Source of the DNA: an uncultured Bacillota bacterium
GTDB taxonomy: Bacteria > Sysuimicrobiota > Sysuimicrobiia > Sysuimicrobiales > Segetimicrobiaceae
Assembly (NCBI GenBank): GCA_963804645.1
Contig: CAWDRG010000009.1
Location: forward strand, 32,001-96,000
Length of the DNA: 64,000 nucleotides
Reading direction: 5' to 3'
In this document: one piece after another, positions 28,509-38,508 of the stretch
Numbering within the stretch: position 1 is the first letter of the stretch
How the letters are laid out: the number at the start of each line of letters is the position of its first letter
Notes under the pieces: model-generated
Told to the model about the DNA's origin: nothing
Databases searched by the model: none
What the model saw: only the letters and a program-made list of their open reading frames with translations
Position numbers and translations under genes: made by a program

Positions 28509-29666
28509 GTGAAGATCACCGACGTCCGCATCTATGTAATGGGATCCGCGTGGCGGAACTTCGTCATCGCGCGCGTGCGCACCGACGACGGGCTGGAGGG
28601 GGTCGGCGAAGCGCGCCCGGTCAACCGCGAGGAAGCGGTCGCCGCCTACCTCGAGGCCACCGTGCGGCGCTACGTGCTGGGCAGCGACCCGTTTGAGGTG
28701 GAGGCGCTCGTCCAGCGCGTCACGCGGGACGACTTTGAGATCTCGGGCGCCACCGAGATGACCGCGCTGGCGATCCTCGAGATGGCCTGCTGGGACCTGA
28801 TCGGGAAGGCGGTCGGCCAGCCCGTGTACCGCCTGCTCGGCGGCGCGTGCCGCGGCCGGATCAAAGCCTACGCGAACGGCTGGTATCAGGTGGGACGCAC
28901 CCCGGACGAGTTCGCCGCCGCCGCGCGCCGCGTCGTCGCGCGCGGCTACCGCGCGATGAAGTTCGATCCCTTCGGGCCGGGTGCGGGCGAACTCGAGCGC
29001 GAGGAACGCCTCCGCTCGGTCGCGCTCGTCGAGGCGGTGCGGGACGCTGTCGGGACGGACGTCGAGCTGTTCGTCGAGATGCACGGCCGGTTCACGGCGG
29101 CGCAGGCGGCCGCCCTGGCGCGCGACCTCGAGCGGTTCGCGCCGGGCTGGCTCGAGGAACCGGTGCCGCCGGACCAGCCGGCGGGACTCCGGCACGTCGC
29201 GTCGCAGACCGCGGTGCCGATCGCCGCCGGGGAGCGGCTGCACACGCTCGCGTCCTTCCGGGACCTCCTGGCGCTCGAGGCCGTCGACATCCTGCAGCCG
29301 GACCTGACCCACTGCGGCGGTCTGCTCACCACCAAGAAGATCTCGGCGATGGCGGAGGCGCACGGGCGCCTCGTCGCGCCGCACAACGTGAGCGGGCCGG
29401 TCGGCACCGCCGCGGCGCTGCACCTGGCCGCGTGCATTCCGAACTTCAAGATCCAGGAGTACTTCAACGACTTCACGGAGCCGTTCGTCGCGGACGCCGC
29501 GCGGGGGCTGCCCGCGGTCGTGGACGGCCACTTCCCGCTGCCGCCGGGCCCGGGCCTCGGGGTCGTGCTCAACCTCGACGTGGTCGAGGCGCACCCCTAC
29601 CGGCCGCTGCACTTCAATCTGTTCGCCGACAACTGGCAGCGCCGTCAGGCGACGACGCCCTCATGA
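28509..29666 (+). CDS. Enolase-superfamily sugar-acid dehydratase (galactonate/gluconate dehydratase-like)
   Basis: GVGEA, EMACWDLIGK..PVYRLLGG, YANGW, KFDPFG, EMHGRF, WLEEP, GERL, QPDLTHCGG, APHN. Confidence 0.85.
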   Translation: MKITDVRIYVMGSAWRNFVIARVRTDDGLEGVGEARPVNREEAVAAYLEATVRRYVLGSDPFEVEALVQRVTRDDFEISGATEMTALAILEMACWDLIGKAVGQPVYRLLGGACRGRIKAYANGWYQVGRTPDEFAAAARRVVARGYRAMKFDPFGPGAGELEREERLRSVALVEAVRDAVGTDVELFVEMHGRFTAAQAAALARDLERFAPGWLEEPVPPDQPAGLRHVASQTAVPIAAGERLHTLASFRDLLALEAVDILQPDLTHCGGLLTTKKISAMAEAHGRLVAPHNVSGPVGTAAALHLAACIPNFKIQEYFNDFTEPFVADAARGLPAVVDGHFPLPPGPGLGVVLNLDVVEAHPYRPLHFNLFADNWQRRQATTPS

Positions 29667-30325
29667 GCGGCACGATGCGCGCGGCCGACGCCCTGACGGC
29701 GATCCTCCGCGAGAAGGTCGTGCCGATCATCCGCACCCACTCGACGGAATGGGCGCTCGAGGTGGCGGAGATCCTGGCGGCGTCGGGGCTCAGCGTCATC
29801 GAGGTCACCTTCACCGTCCCGGACGCGCCCGCGGTGATCCGAACGCTGCGCGAGAAGTTCCCGGAGATCCTGATCGGCGGCGGGACCGTGACCGACGCCG
29901 CGACCGCGCGCACGGCGGTGGAAGCCGGCGCGCAGTTCCTGCTGAGCCCCGCGCTGTCGCCGGAGATGGTGGAGGTCGCCAGGCGGCACGGCGTGCTGGC
30001 CGTGCCCGGGGCCTACACCCCCACCGAGGTGCTCGCGGCGCTCCACGGCGGCGCCGAGCTCGTCAAGATCTTCCCGGCCGAGTCCGGGGGCCCCGCCCAC
30101 ATCCGGGCGATCCTCGGCCCGCTGCCGCACGCGCGGCTCCTCCCCACCGGAGGGGTCCGGCCCGACAATATCGGGGAATGGCTCGGCGCCGGGGCCGCCG
30201 CGGTCGGCATCGGGTCGGCGCTCGTCGGCCCCTCGAACCGGCCGGTCGACGTCGGCGCGGTGCGCGCGCGGGCGGAGACGATCCGGGCCCAAGTCGCCGC
30301 GGCCCAGCGCGGAGGCGCCGCGTGA
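29663..30325 (+). CDS. eda: KDPG/KHG aldolase
   Basis: VVPIIR, IEVTFTVP, IGGGTV, AQFLLSP, PGAYTPTE, VKIFPA, PTGGV. Confidence 0.9.
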   Translation: MSGTMRAADALTAILREKVVPIIRTHSTEWALEVAEILAASGLSVIEVTFTVPDAPAVIRTLREKFPEILIGGGTVTDAATARTAVEAGAQFLLSPALSPEMVEVARRHGVLAVPGAYTPTEVLAALHGGAELVKIFPAESGGPAHIRAILGPLPHARLLPTGGVRPDNIGEWLGAGAAAVGIGSALVGPSNRPVDVGAVRARAETIRAQVAAAQRGGAA

Positions 30326-31290
30326 GCGCCGCCCGCGTGCCCGCGGTCGTCGGCATCGGCGAAGCGCTCGTCCGCCTCGCGCCGACCGGGAACGAAGTGC
30401 TCGAGACGGCGGCCACCTACGCCGTGCACGTCGGGGGGGCGGAGGGCAACGTCTGCGCCAACCTCGCCGCGCTTGGGGTGCGCACCGCGTGGATCTCCCG
30501 GCTCCCCGCCAACCCGCTCGGCCGCCGTGTCGCGAACACGTTCCGGAGCTATGGGGTCGATACCGACGGCGTGCTCTGGGTGCCGCGCGGGCGCGTCGGG
30601 GTGATGTTCATCCAGCCGGGTGCGGCGCCCCGGGCGGGCGAGATCCTCTACTACCGGCGGGACTCCGCGTTCGCGGAGATCGAGCCGGACGAGGTCGCGT
30701 GGGACGCCCTCGACGGGGCCGCGGTCGTGCACCTGACCGGCATCACCCCGGCGCTCGGCGACGGCCCTCGGCGGCTTGTCGAGCGCGCGATCGCCGAAGC
30801 GCGGCGGCGGGGCGTGAAAATCTCGTTCGACGTCAACTACCGGGCCACGCTGTGGACGCCGGACGCGGCGCGCGCGGTGGTGGAACCGCTGCTGCGGGGC
30901 GTGGACCTCGTGTTCCTCAACGAGCGCGACGCGCGCGGAGTGTTCGGGGCGGACGGCGAGCCGGAGGACATCGCCCGCTCGCTGCGCGACCGGTTCGGCT
31001 GCACCACCCTGGTGCTCACGCTCGGCGAGCGCGGCGCCCTTGCGCACAGCGGCCGTACGACGGCCCGGCACCCGGCACACCGCACCGAGATCGTCGACCG
31101 GGTCGGACGCGGAGACGCCTTCGCCTCGGGATTCCTCTACGCGTATCTGCGCGGAGACGAGGAGGCGGGACCGCGGTACGGCAACGCCCTCGCCGCGCTC
31201 AAGCAGACCTACCCCGGCGACGTTTGCCACGCGACGCTGCCCGACGTGGAGGCCGTGCTCGCCGGACAGTCGGGCGGCTTCCTCCGCTAG
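30322..31290 (+). CDS. kdgK: PfkB-family sugar kinase (2-keto-3-deoxygluconate kinase-like)
   Basis: GGAEGNV, YYRRDSA, HLTGITPAL, SFDVNYRATLW, DRVGRGDAFASG. Confidence 0.8.
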   Translation: MSAARVPAVVGIGEALVRLAPTGNEVLETAATYAVHVGGAEGNVCANLAALGVRTAWISRLPANPLGRRVANTFRSYGVDTDGVLWVPRGRVGVMFIQPGAAPRAGEILYYRRDSAFAEIEPDEVAWDALDGAAVVHLTGITPALGDGPRRLVERAIAEARRRGVKISFDVNYRATLWTPDAARAVVEPLLRGVDLVFLNERDARGVFGADGEPEDIARSLRDRFGCTTLVLTLGERGALAHSGRTTARHPAHRTEIVDRVGRGDAFASGFLYAYLRGDEEAGPRYGNALAALKQTYPGDVCHATLPDVEAVLAGQSGGFLR

Positions 31291-32998
31291 CGGGACGCTT
31301 GCGCGCGGCCGCCCGCGCGCCCACCGCGAGCGCCGCCAAACACGCCTCGACGCACGCCGCCGCCCGCTGGGCCGCATCCGCAACCGCGTTGTGCGCGCGG
31401 ACGAGATCGACCCGCAGGAACCTTCCGGCGTCGCTGTCGGGTCCAAGCACCGCCAGGCGCGCGACCTCTCGCAGCCGGGGCAGGAACGGGGTCTCGAGCG
31501 CCGGGTCGTGGGCGTACGGACCGGCGGCGGTATACGTCGCCGGCACCAAGATCCGGCCGAGCTCGTGGAGGCAGGCGTTGATCGCCGCGGCCCGAGCCCC
31601 GCCGTCCGCGGCCGCCGCGGCGCGCGCGAGTTTGCCCGCGAGCGTCTCCAAGCGCGAAGCGGCCGCGATCGCCGGCGACAGATCGAGCGCCGATCCCCCC
31701 GTCTTGGCGATCGCCTCGAGGCTCTCTCGGAGGTCGGATCCCGCCGCCGCGTAGTCGAACGGCACCACCGGATCGGTGAGCAGACGCTCGAGCGCCAGCA
31801 CGAAGATCTTCGTGTCGCGCACCAGCCGCGCGGGGTCGACCTTGTCGAGGGTGTCGTACGGGGTGTGCCACCACCACCCCAGGCTGTGGTCCGCCTGCCG
31901 CGAGATCGCGCCGAGGATCGACGGCATGCCAACGCCGAGGAACGATTGGTCGGAGTTGCGCCCGAGGCGGTGGGCGTCGAGCTCCGCGTTGGCGACCTGG
32001 CGCACCGCCCACCGGGCCAGCCCCGCCGTCTGCGGCATGGAGTTCGTGCCGAAGTCGTCCGCATCGACCGCGCCCGTGGAATCGATGTTGACGTGGACGA
32101 GGCAGCGCGCGTTGAGCTCCAGCCAGTGCGTGTCGGCGTACCACGCCGACGACGAGTAGCGGCCGTGCGAGTGCCCGGACCAGAACAAGATCCGGAGGCC
32201 GCGGCGCAGCCGCTTCCGGTACGGCGCGAGCACCCGCGCCACTTCCAGCATGGTCGCGTTGGCGCTCCCGTTGTCCATCGCGCCCAGGTACCAGCCGTCG
32301 AGGTGCCCGGAGAACATCACGAAGCGGTCCTCCGCCTCGCGGTGCCCGGGCTCGAGGTCTCCCACCACGATCGGCGTCTTGGTCCACCCCGTGTGCACTT
32401 CCGCGGTCGCGCGCACCTCGACGCGCCCCGCGAGACACAGCTCGCGCAGCGCCTCGCCGTCCGCACGCGCGACGGACACGAGGACCACGTTCGGCAGCGC
32501 GCCGAGCGTGGCCGCCGAGGGGCTGCCCCACACGGGCGAGCAGCACATCTCGTGCGGCGCGCGGCCGGCGTAGCAGACGAGCCCCGCGACGCCCGCCGTG
32601 GTCGCGTTCACCGCGACCTGCGGGGTCGCGCGGCCGTCGATCAATGCGAACGCGCCCGGCCCGACCCGTTCGAGCTCCTCGACGGTCCCCTTCCCGGCAA
32701 ACACCAACTCGCCGGCCAATCCGGCGGGCGCCGTCGAGATCCCCATCGAGTGGGTGATGGCGGCCAGCACGCGCGTCTCGGGCGACGTGATCCGCAGTTC
32801 CGCCTTCCCGGGCAGGCTGATGAACGCGTCGTGCATCAGGATCTGCGTCTCGAACCCAAACCGCAGGAGCTGCGTGGCGACGTACTCGGCGGCCGACCGC
32901 TCGCCGGCGCTGCCGGACAGGCGCGTCCACCGCGCGATCGTGCGGTTGTACGTCGTCAGCTTCGACTGCGACACGGTCTCCAAATCGATCACGGCCAT
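31199..32998 (-). CDS. M28-like metallopeptidase with PA domain (atypical GHSHGRY subtype)
   Basis: RLSGSAGE, FSGHLDGW..GAMDNGS, FWSGHSHGRYS, NIDS, SDQSF, WWWHT..DTLDK. Start is 32998 or 32992. Confidence 0.78.
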   Translation of the reverse strand: MAVIDLETVSQSKLTTYNRTIARWTRLSGSAGERSAAEYVATQLLRFGFETQILMHDAFISLPGKAELRITSPETRVLAAITHSMGISTAPAGLAGELVFAGKGTVEELERVGPGAFALIDGRATPQVAVNATTAGVAGLVCYAGRAPHEMCCSPVWGSPSAATLGALPNVVLVSVARADGEALRELCLAGRVEVRATAEVHTGWTKTPIVVGDLEPGHREAEDRFVMFSGHLDGWYLGAMDNGSANATMLEVARVLAPYRKRLRRGLRILFWSGHSHGRYSSSAWYADTHWLELNARCLVHVNIDSTGAVDADDFGTNSMPQTAGLARWAVRQVANAELDAHRLGRNSDQSFLGVGMPSILGAISRQADHSLGWWWHTPYDTLDKVDPARLVRDTKIFVLALERLLTDPVVPFDYAAAGSDLRESLEAIAKTGGSALDLSPAIAAASRLETLAGKLARAAAAADGGARAAAINACLHELGRILVPATYTAAGPYAHDPALETPFLPRLREVARLAVLGPDSDAGRFLRVDLVRAHNAVADAAQRAAACVEACLAALAVGARAAARKRPASGGSRPTVRRARPPRRAASRGKRRRGRSA

Positions 32999-33173
32999 CC
33001 CTCCCCGCGCCGGCGCATCCCTCGCGCGGCCCGCCGGCCTGTGCTGGTGAACAACTTCGTGCACCCCAACGTTTCCCCTGGAGACGGCGCGCCGGCAGGA
33101 GTCATTAGGGACGGCACGAAGCCAACGCGACCGGCGGGGCGCGCGCGCACGCCGCCGGCCACAGGAGGACACG

Positions 33174-34976
33174 ATGCGTACACGCAGGGCGCGGGATCTC
33201 GTGCAAGGCCTTCGATCCGGGCGGATCACCCGCCGCGAGGCGATCCTCCGAGCGGCGGCGGTCGGCCTGTCGGCGGGCGGGATCGCATCGCTCGTCTCGC
33301 AGGCGGCGCCGGGAATCGCGCGCGCCGCCGCCCCCGCCAAGCGCGGCAGCGCGGGCACGCTCAAGCTCCTCTACTGGCAGGCGCCCACGATCCTCAACGC
33401 CCACCTCTCACACGGCACGAAGGACTTCGAGGCGGCGCGAATCTGCTGCGAGCCGCTGCTGACGGTCGACGCGGCCGGCAACTTCACGCCGGTGCTGGCC
33501 GACCGCGTGCCGTCCCGGGCAAACGGCCAGCTGGCGGCGGACGGCACCTCGATCGTCTACACGCTGAAGCGCGGCGTCAAATGGGCCGACGGCCGGCCGT
33601 TCACGTCCGACGACGTCGTGTTCACGTTCCAATTCGTGCAGAACAAGCAGAGCGGCGCGACCACCTACGCCAGCTACGTGAACGTGGCGAAGGTGGAGCC
33701 CCTCAACGCGTATACCGTCAAGGTCACGTTCAAGGCGCCGACGCCGGCATGGTATCTCCCGTTCGTCGGCACGAACGGCGTCATCGTCCCGCGCCACGCG
33801 CTCGACGGCTACGTCGGCACGAACGCGCAGAACGCTCCGTTCAACAGTCAGGCGTTCGGCACCGGGCCCTACAAGGTGGATCAGTTCCGGCCGGGCGACC
33901 TCGTCGTGTTCTCGATCAACGAGTACTATCGCGACCCCGACAAGCCGGCATTCTCGCAGGTGCAGATGAAGGGCGGCGGCGACGCGACCTCGGCCGCGCG
34001 CGCGGCGCTGCAGACCGGCGAATACGACTACGCGTGGAACCTGCAGGTCGAGTGGCCGGTCCTGCAGGCGATGATGAACGGCGGCCGCGGGACCGTGATC
34101 ACCGGCAGCGGCGGCGGCGTGGAGATGATCCTCTGCAACATGACCGACCCCAACAAGACCGTGGACGGGCAGCGCTCGTCGCTCAAGGCGCCGCACCCGT
34201 TTCTGACGGACCCCAAGCTCCGCCAAGCGCTGGCGATGGCCGTCGACCGGCAGACGATCGCCGCACAGCTGTACGGTGTGGAGGGTGACGCCACCGCGAA
34301 CGTGCTGACGACGCCGACGAACCTGGCGTCGAAGAACACCAAGATCGTCTACGACGTCGGACGGGCGAACCAGCTGCTCGACGAGGCCGGCTACCGGCGC
34401 GGGCCAGACGGCATCCGCGCGAAGGGCGACGTCAAACTGCAGCTGACGCTCGCGACCACGGTCAACTCCCTGCGGCAGAAAGAGCAGGAGGTCATCAAGC
34501 AGGGCTGGGGGCAGCTCGGCGTCGTCACCACGCTCAAGGCCGTGGACGCCGGGGTCTTCTTCAGCACCGATCCGGGCAACAACGACACCGACGCGCATTT
34601 CTACAACGACGTCGAGATGCTGACCTCGACGTACGGCTCGCCGTTTCCAAGCGGGTACATGGCCCGCTACTACAGCGGCCAGCCGGAGAAGGACCTGCCG
34701 CAGAAAGAGAACGCCTGGTCGGGGTTCAACTATCCGCGGTGGCAGAACCCGGAGTACAACAAGCTGTACGATGCGGCGCAGGCCGAGTTCGACCCGAAGA
34801 AAAACGCGCAGCTCTGGATCCAGATGAACGATCTCGTCGTGGCGCAGGGCGTGTCGATCCCGCTCGTCGATCGCAAGATGGTCTCGGGGCACGCGTCCAG
34901 CCTGGACGTCGGCAGCAACCTCAGCCCGTTCGACAACGAGACACGCAACATCGCCGACTGGCAGCGCCGCGGGTAG
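33174..34976 (+). CDS. Peptide ABC transporter substrate-binding protein (family 5), Tat-exported, orphan
   Basis: ITRREAI Tat motif; WQAPTILN, KWADGRPFTSDDVVFT, GTGPYK. Confidence 0.9.
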   Translation: MRTRRARDLVQGLRSGRITRREAILRAAAVGLSAGGIASLVSQAAPGIARAAAPAKRGSAGTLKLLYWQAPTILNAHLSHGTKDFEAARICCEPLLTVDAAGNFTPVLADRVPSRANGQLAADGTSIVYTLKRGVKWADGRPFTSDDVVFTFQFVQNKQSGATTYASYVNVAKVEPLNAYTVKVTFKAPTPAWYLPFVGTNGVIVPRHALDGYVGTNAQNAPFNSQAFGTGPYKVDQFRPGDLVVFSINEYYRDPDKPAFSQVQMKGGGDATSAARAALQTGEYDYAWNLQVEWPVLQAMMNGGRGTVITGSGGGVEMILCNMTDPNKTVDGQRSSLKAPHPFLTDPKLRQALAMAVDRQTIAAQLYGVEGDATANVLTTPTNLASKNTKIVYDVGRANQLLDEAGYRRGPDGIRAKGDVKLQLTLATTVNSLRQKEQEVIKQGWGQLGVVTTLKAVDAGVFFSTDPGNNDTDAHFYNDVEMLTSTYGSPFPSGYMARYYSGQPEKDLPQKENAWSGFNYPRWQNPEYNKLYDAAQAEFDPKKNAQLWIQMNDLVVAQGVSIPLVDRKMVSGHASSLDVGSNLSPFDNETRNIADWQRRG

Positions 34977-35023
34977 CGTCGGGGAGCGCGCACGCGGGCG
35001 GCGCCGGGACCGGGTGCGGCGGT

Positions 35024-35683
35024 TCAGCGCGGCGCGAACTGGAAGTTGCTGTACTCGGCCTCTAACGAGGCGCCGAACCGCGTCGTGGCGAGGTACTGGT
35101 AGACCAGGACCCAGGCACCTTCGATCTGCTCGTAGCGCTCGGTCGAGTCGATCGAGCCCCAGTTGTATTGGAGGGTTCCTTCGGTGACGAGCCCGCGCTC
35201 ATAGTCGATCCAGCCGACGAGCCCGTGCGGGTTCGCCTTGGGATCCCGGGCGGTGCCGCGGATCAGATAAAACGGCCGCCCGTCCTCAATCTTTTCGCCG
35301 AGCACCGTGTAGTCGAACCGCGAGAGAAACTGGTCCGCCGGCTCGGTCCCCGCAAACAGCCGCCCGATCACGACCTTGTTCAGCACCCAGCACGTCAGCC
35401 CGTACGTGCGCTGGCTGATGGTCACGGTGTTGTGACCGTGTTCGAGGCGCACCGTGCCTGTGAACTGGCAGTCGGGCCGCTCCGTGACGGGCTTGTTCAG
35501 CCGGAAGTTGAACGTGACGTCCGCCGATGCCACCGCCAGCGCATGAGCGTTGGCAGTGAGCACGCGGTTGATGATGTCCTCGGCCGTCGGCTCCTGCGCC
35601 ACCGCGGCTGCGGCCGCGCAGACCGCGACGACCACGGCGGCCAGCACGACCCGGCCCCATCGTCCCCAGGAAGCGCCGGTCAT
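35024..35683 (-). CDS. Hypothetical exported protein (LolA / lipoprotein-sorting-like beta fold)
   Basis: Signal peptide (AVA-QE), PTAEDII, FDYTVLGEKIEDGRPFYLI, GWIDYE, YSNFQF. Confidence 0.6.
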   Translation of the reverse strand: MTGASWGRWGRVVLAAVVVAVCAAAAAVAQEPTAEDIINRVLTANAHALAVASADVTFNFRLNKPVTERPDCQFTGTVRLEHGHNTVTISQRTYGLTCWVLNKVVIGRLFAGTEPADQFLSRFDYTVLGEKIEDGRPFYLIRGTARDPKANPHGLVGWIDYERGLVTEGTLQYNWGSIDSTERYEQIEGAWVLVYQYLATTRFGASLEAEYSNFQFAPR

Positions 35684-35841
35684 ATCCGGCGGGTTCCAGG
35701 CCGCGGGCCGAGGTTCCTATGTCCGGCGGCCGGGGGATCCGGCCTATCCGTGTCGAACACCGAGGGGCCTTGTGCCGCCGACGGCTAGGCGGTAGGATGA
35801 ATAGCGCGCGCGCTGCGCAGATCGGCAGGAGCCGCCTCACG

Positions 35842-37725
35842 GTGATCCCGACAACCTCACCCTCAGTGCACCGGTATCAAGTCCTGGCCGTCGCCACGGC
35901 GATCGCCGCCTACCTGCTCATCCTGCTCGGCGGGCTGGTGCGGATCAGCGGATCGGGCATGGCGTGCCCCGACTGGCCGCTCTGCCACGGCCGGCTGATC
36001 CCGCCCCTTGAGGGGCCGGTCCTGATCGAATACGCGCACCGCCTGGTCGCGGCGTCGGTAACCGTCCTGGTCCTCGCGACCGCGTTCGCGGCGTTCGTGG
36101 TTCGGCGCGCCGTGCCGCTCGCGGGCACGACGGCGCTCGCGGTGCTGGGATTGGTGGTGGTCCAGATCGTGCTCGGCGGGCTGACCGTCAAGATGGACCT
36201 AACCCCCGGGCTCGTCACGACCCACCTCGGCGTCGCGATGCTCTTCCTCGCGGGGCTCCTGGTGCAAGCCGTCATCGCGCTGCGGAGCCCGGCTGGAGGG
36301 CTTCCGGCGCCCGCGGGGTTCCGCCGGCTGGCGTGGCTGACGCTCGCGGCGACCTACGCGATGGTCCTCATCGGCGGGTTTCTCGGCTCCAGCAGCGCCG
36401 CGCTGGCCTGCCCGTCGTTTCCGATGTGCCGGGGGACGGCACTGCTGCCGTCGGACTGGCCCGCGCACGCACACATGCTGCACCGCTTCTGGGCAGTGCT
36501 CGTCACGCTGCTGGTGATCGCGACCGCGGTGTCCGCCGCGCGCACGCGTGTTCGAGGGCTGGCCGCGATCGCGAACCTGGCCGTGGTCCTCGTGTTCGCG
36601 CAGTTCGCCGTCGGCGTGCTGAACGTCATGACGCGGCTGCTGCCCGCCGTGCAGGGGACCCATCTGGCGCTCGCAGCGGCGCTCTTCGGCACGCTGGTAG
36701 TGCTGGTCGCGCTCGCGGTGCCGCAGCCGGCGTCGGATCGGTCGTCCGCGCGGGGGCGTGTCGGGGTGCTGCGCACGATCGCCGGCGGCTCCGTCGACGA
36801 TCCTGCCGAAGCGATCCCCTGGACGCAGCCTGCCGTCCGCCCGTCGGCGATCCGCGCCGCGGCCGCGACCGCGGGCGACTATCTCGCCCTGATGAAGCCG
36901 CGCATCATCATGCTGCTTCTGATCACGACGATCACGACCATGATCGTCGCGGTCCCGCATCACCTGTCGCTCGGGATCCTGCTGCTCACGCTCCTCGGCG
37001 GCACGCTCGCCGCCGGGTCGGCGAACGCGTTCAACATGTACCTCGACCGCGACATCGATGCCGTGATGCAGCGCACCTGTCTCCGGCCCGTGCCTGCGGG
37101 GCGGCTTCGCCCCACGCACGCGGTGGGGTTCGGCATCACGACCGGGCTGCTCTCGATCCTCGTCTTCGCGTGGGGCGTGAACGTCCTCAGCGCGGCCCTG
37201 TCGACCGCCGGGATCGTGTTCTACGTCGCGGTCTACACGCGGTGGCTCAAGCGGACGACGCCGCAGAACATCGTCATCGGAGGCGCCGCGGGCGCCGTCC
37301 CCCCGCTTGTCGGGTGGGCGGCCGCGACCGGGCACCTCGCGGCGCCGGCGATCGCGCTCTTCGCTATCGTCTTTCTATGGACGCCGCCGCACTTCTGGGC
37401 GCTGGCCCTGGCGAAGGTCGATGATTACCGCGCGGCGGGCATCCCGATGCTGCCGGTCGTGCGCGGAGAGGCGGAAACGCGGCGGCAGATGTTCCTCTAT
37501 TCGCTGGCGCTCTCCGCCGCCACCCTGGTGCTCTACGTGCCGCTGCGGGCGCTCGGCCCGCTCTATCTGGTGTCGGCCGTGGTCCTCGACGCGGTCTTCA
37601 TCCTGCTCGCCTGGGCGGTGCTCACCAAGCGCAGCCCGAAGGCGGAGATGGGCCTCTTCGGATACTCGCTCCTCTACCTCGCCCTGCTGTTCATCGCGAT
37701 GGTGGTCGACCGGATCGTCAGCTAG
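35842..37725 (+). CDS. ctaA-ctaB: Fused heme A synthase (CtaA/COX15) and protoheme IX farnesyltransferase (CtaB/CyoE)
   Basis: GSGMACPDWPLCHG, IEYAHR, HMLHR (CtaA); LMKPRI, NMYLDRDID..M.RT..RP, KRTTPQNIVIGG, WTPPHFWALA (CtaB). Start is 35797 or 35842. Confidence 0.9.
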   Translation: MIPTTSPSVHRYQVLAVATAIAAYLLILLGGLVRISGSGMACPDWPLCHGRLIPPLEGPVLIEYAHRLVAASVTVLVLATAFAAFVVRRAVPLAGTTALAVLGLVVVQIVLGGLTVKMDLTPGLVTTHLGVAMLFLAGLLVQAVIALRSPAGGLPAPAGFRRLAWLTLAATYAMVLIGGFLGSSSAALACPSFPMCRGTALLPSDWPAHAHMLHRFWAVLVTLLVIATAVSAARTRVRGLAAIANLAVVLVFAQFAVGVLNVMTRLLPAVQGTHLALAAALFGTLVVLVALAVPQPASDRSSARGRVGVLRTIAGGSVDDPAEAIPWTQPAVRPSAIRAAAATAGDYLALMKPRIIMLLLITTITTMIVAVPHHLSLGILLLTLLGGTLAAGSANAFNMYLDRDIDAVMQRTCLRPVPAGRLRPTHAVGFGITTGLLSILVFAWGVNVLSAALSTAGIVFYVAVYTRWLKRTTPQNIVIGGAAGAVPPLVGWAAATGHLAAPAIALFAIVFLWTPPHFWALALAKVDDYRAAGIPMLPVVRGEAETRRQMFLYSLALSAATLVLYVPLRALGPLYLVSAVVLDAVFILLAWAVLTKRSPKAEMGLFGYSLLYLALLFIAMVVDRIVS

Positions 37726-38264
37726 CGCGCCCGAGACGCCGGCGCGAGGGACGGCAGCGCGCCCTCGTGCTCCAGCAGCCGCCGCTTGAGGTCGAGTCCT
37801 CCCCCGTATCCGACGAGCGACCCGCCCGAGCCGACGACGCGGTGGCACGGCGTCACGATGCACACGGGGTTTCGCCGGGACGCGGCCCCCACGGCCCTGG
37901 CACCCCGCATCACGCCCACGCGTGACGCGAGTGCCGCGTACGTGCAGACCTCGCCGAGCCGGATCTCCCGCATCGCACGCCACACCGAACGCTCGAACGT
38001 CGTGCCCCGTTCGTCGAGGATCAGCGGCTCGAGCTCGTCGAACCGCGAGGCGAAGTAGCGCCGCAGCCAGATCCGCGTCTGTTCGATGTGCGGGTTGGCG
38101 CCGCTGCCGGGCACGGCGCCCCCGTACCATCGGCGGAGCCTGGCCGCGTGCAGCCGCAGGCGTTCATCGCGATGAAACTCTAACTCGCACAGGCCGCGCT
38201 CGGACGCGATCGCCACCAGGGGGCCGACCGGCGTCTCGAGGATCGTTTCCCACAGCACCTCCAC
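37722..38264 (-). CDS. ogt: Methylated-DNA-protein-cysteine methyltransferase
   Basis: ETPVG, GTTFERSVW, ARAVG, NPVCIVTPCHRVVGS, GYGGG; GGAGG RBS before GTG. Confidence 0.9.
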   Translation of the reverse strand: MEVLWETILETPVGPLVAIASERGLCELEFHRDERLRLHAARLRRWYGGAVPGSGANPHIEQTRIWLRRYFASRFDELEPLILDERGTTFERSVWRAMREIRLGEVCTYAALASRVGVMRGARAVGAASRRNPVCIVTPCHRVVGSGGSLVGYGGGLDLKRRLLEHEGALPSLAPASRAR

Positions 38265-38392
38265 GATCGCCCCTCCAAACCAATCGCATCCCGCGGCCGA
38301 ACCTGGTTCGGGAGTCTCCGCCGGGTCACGCCGTCTCTGCGCATGCGCCGGGGGCCGTCGCGGTCCGCCCGCACGACCCCCGTCAATGAAAC

Positions 38393-38467
38393 TGGCTCCT
38401 CGGGTAGGATTCGAACCTACAACCCTCCGGTTAACAGCCGGATGCTCTACCATTGAGCTACCGAGGA
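38393..38467 (-). tRNA. tRNA-Asn (GTT)
   Basis: TCCTCGGTAGCTCAATGGTAGAGCATCCGGCTGTTAACCGGAGGGTTGTAGGTTCGAATCCTACCCGAGGAGCCA: cloverleaf, GTT anticodon, TTCG loop, encoded CCA. Confidence 0.97.
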
Positions 38468-38478
38468 ACACTCCCCTG

Positions 38479-38508
38479 ATTCTAGGGATCTACACGACGG
38501 GGTGTCAA
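38479..38508 (-). promoter_or_regulatory. sigma70 promoter of tRNA-Asn
   Basis: TTGACA-N18-TAGAAT, 11 nt upstream of the tRNA 5' end. Confidence 0.75.

Noticed and set aside
31040..34288. Very long alternative ORFs (1082 aa here; also 39876-42374, 1946-4213, 47202-49244)
   Set aside because: Arg/Gly/Pro-rich shadow frames overlapping well-supported genes; expected in roughly 70% GC DNA.
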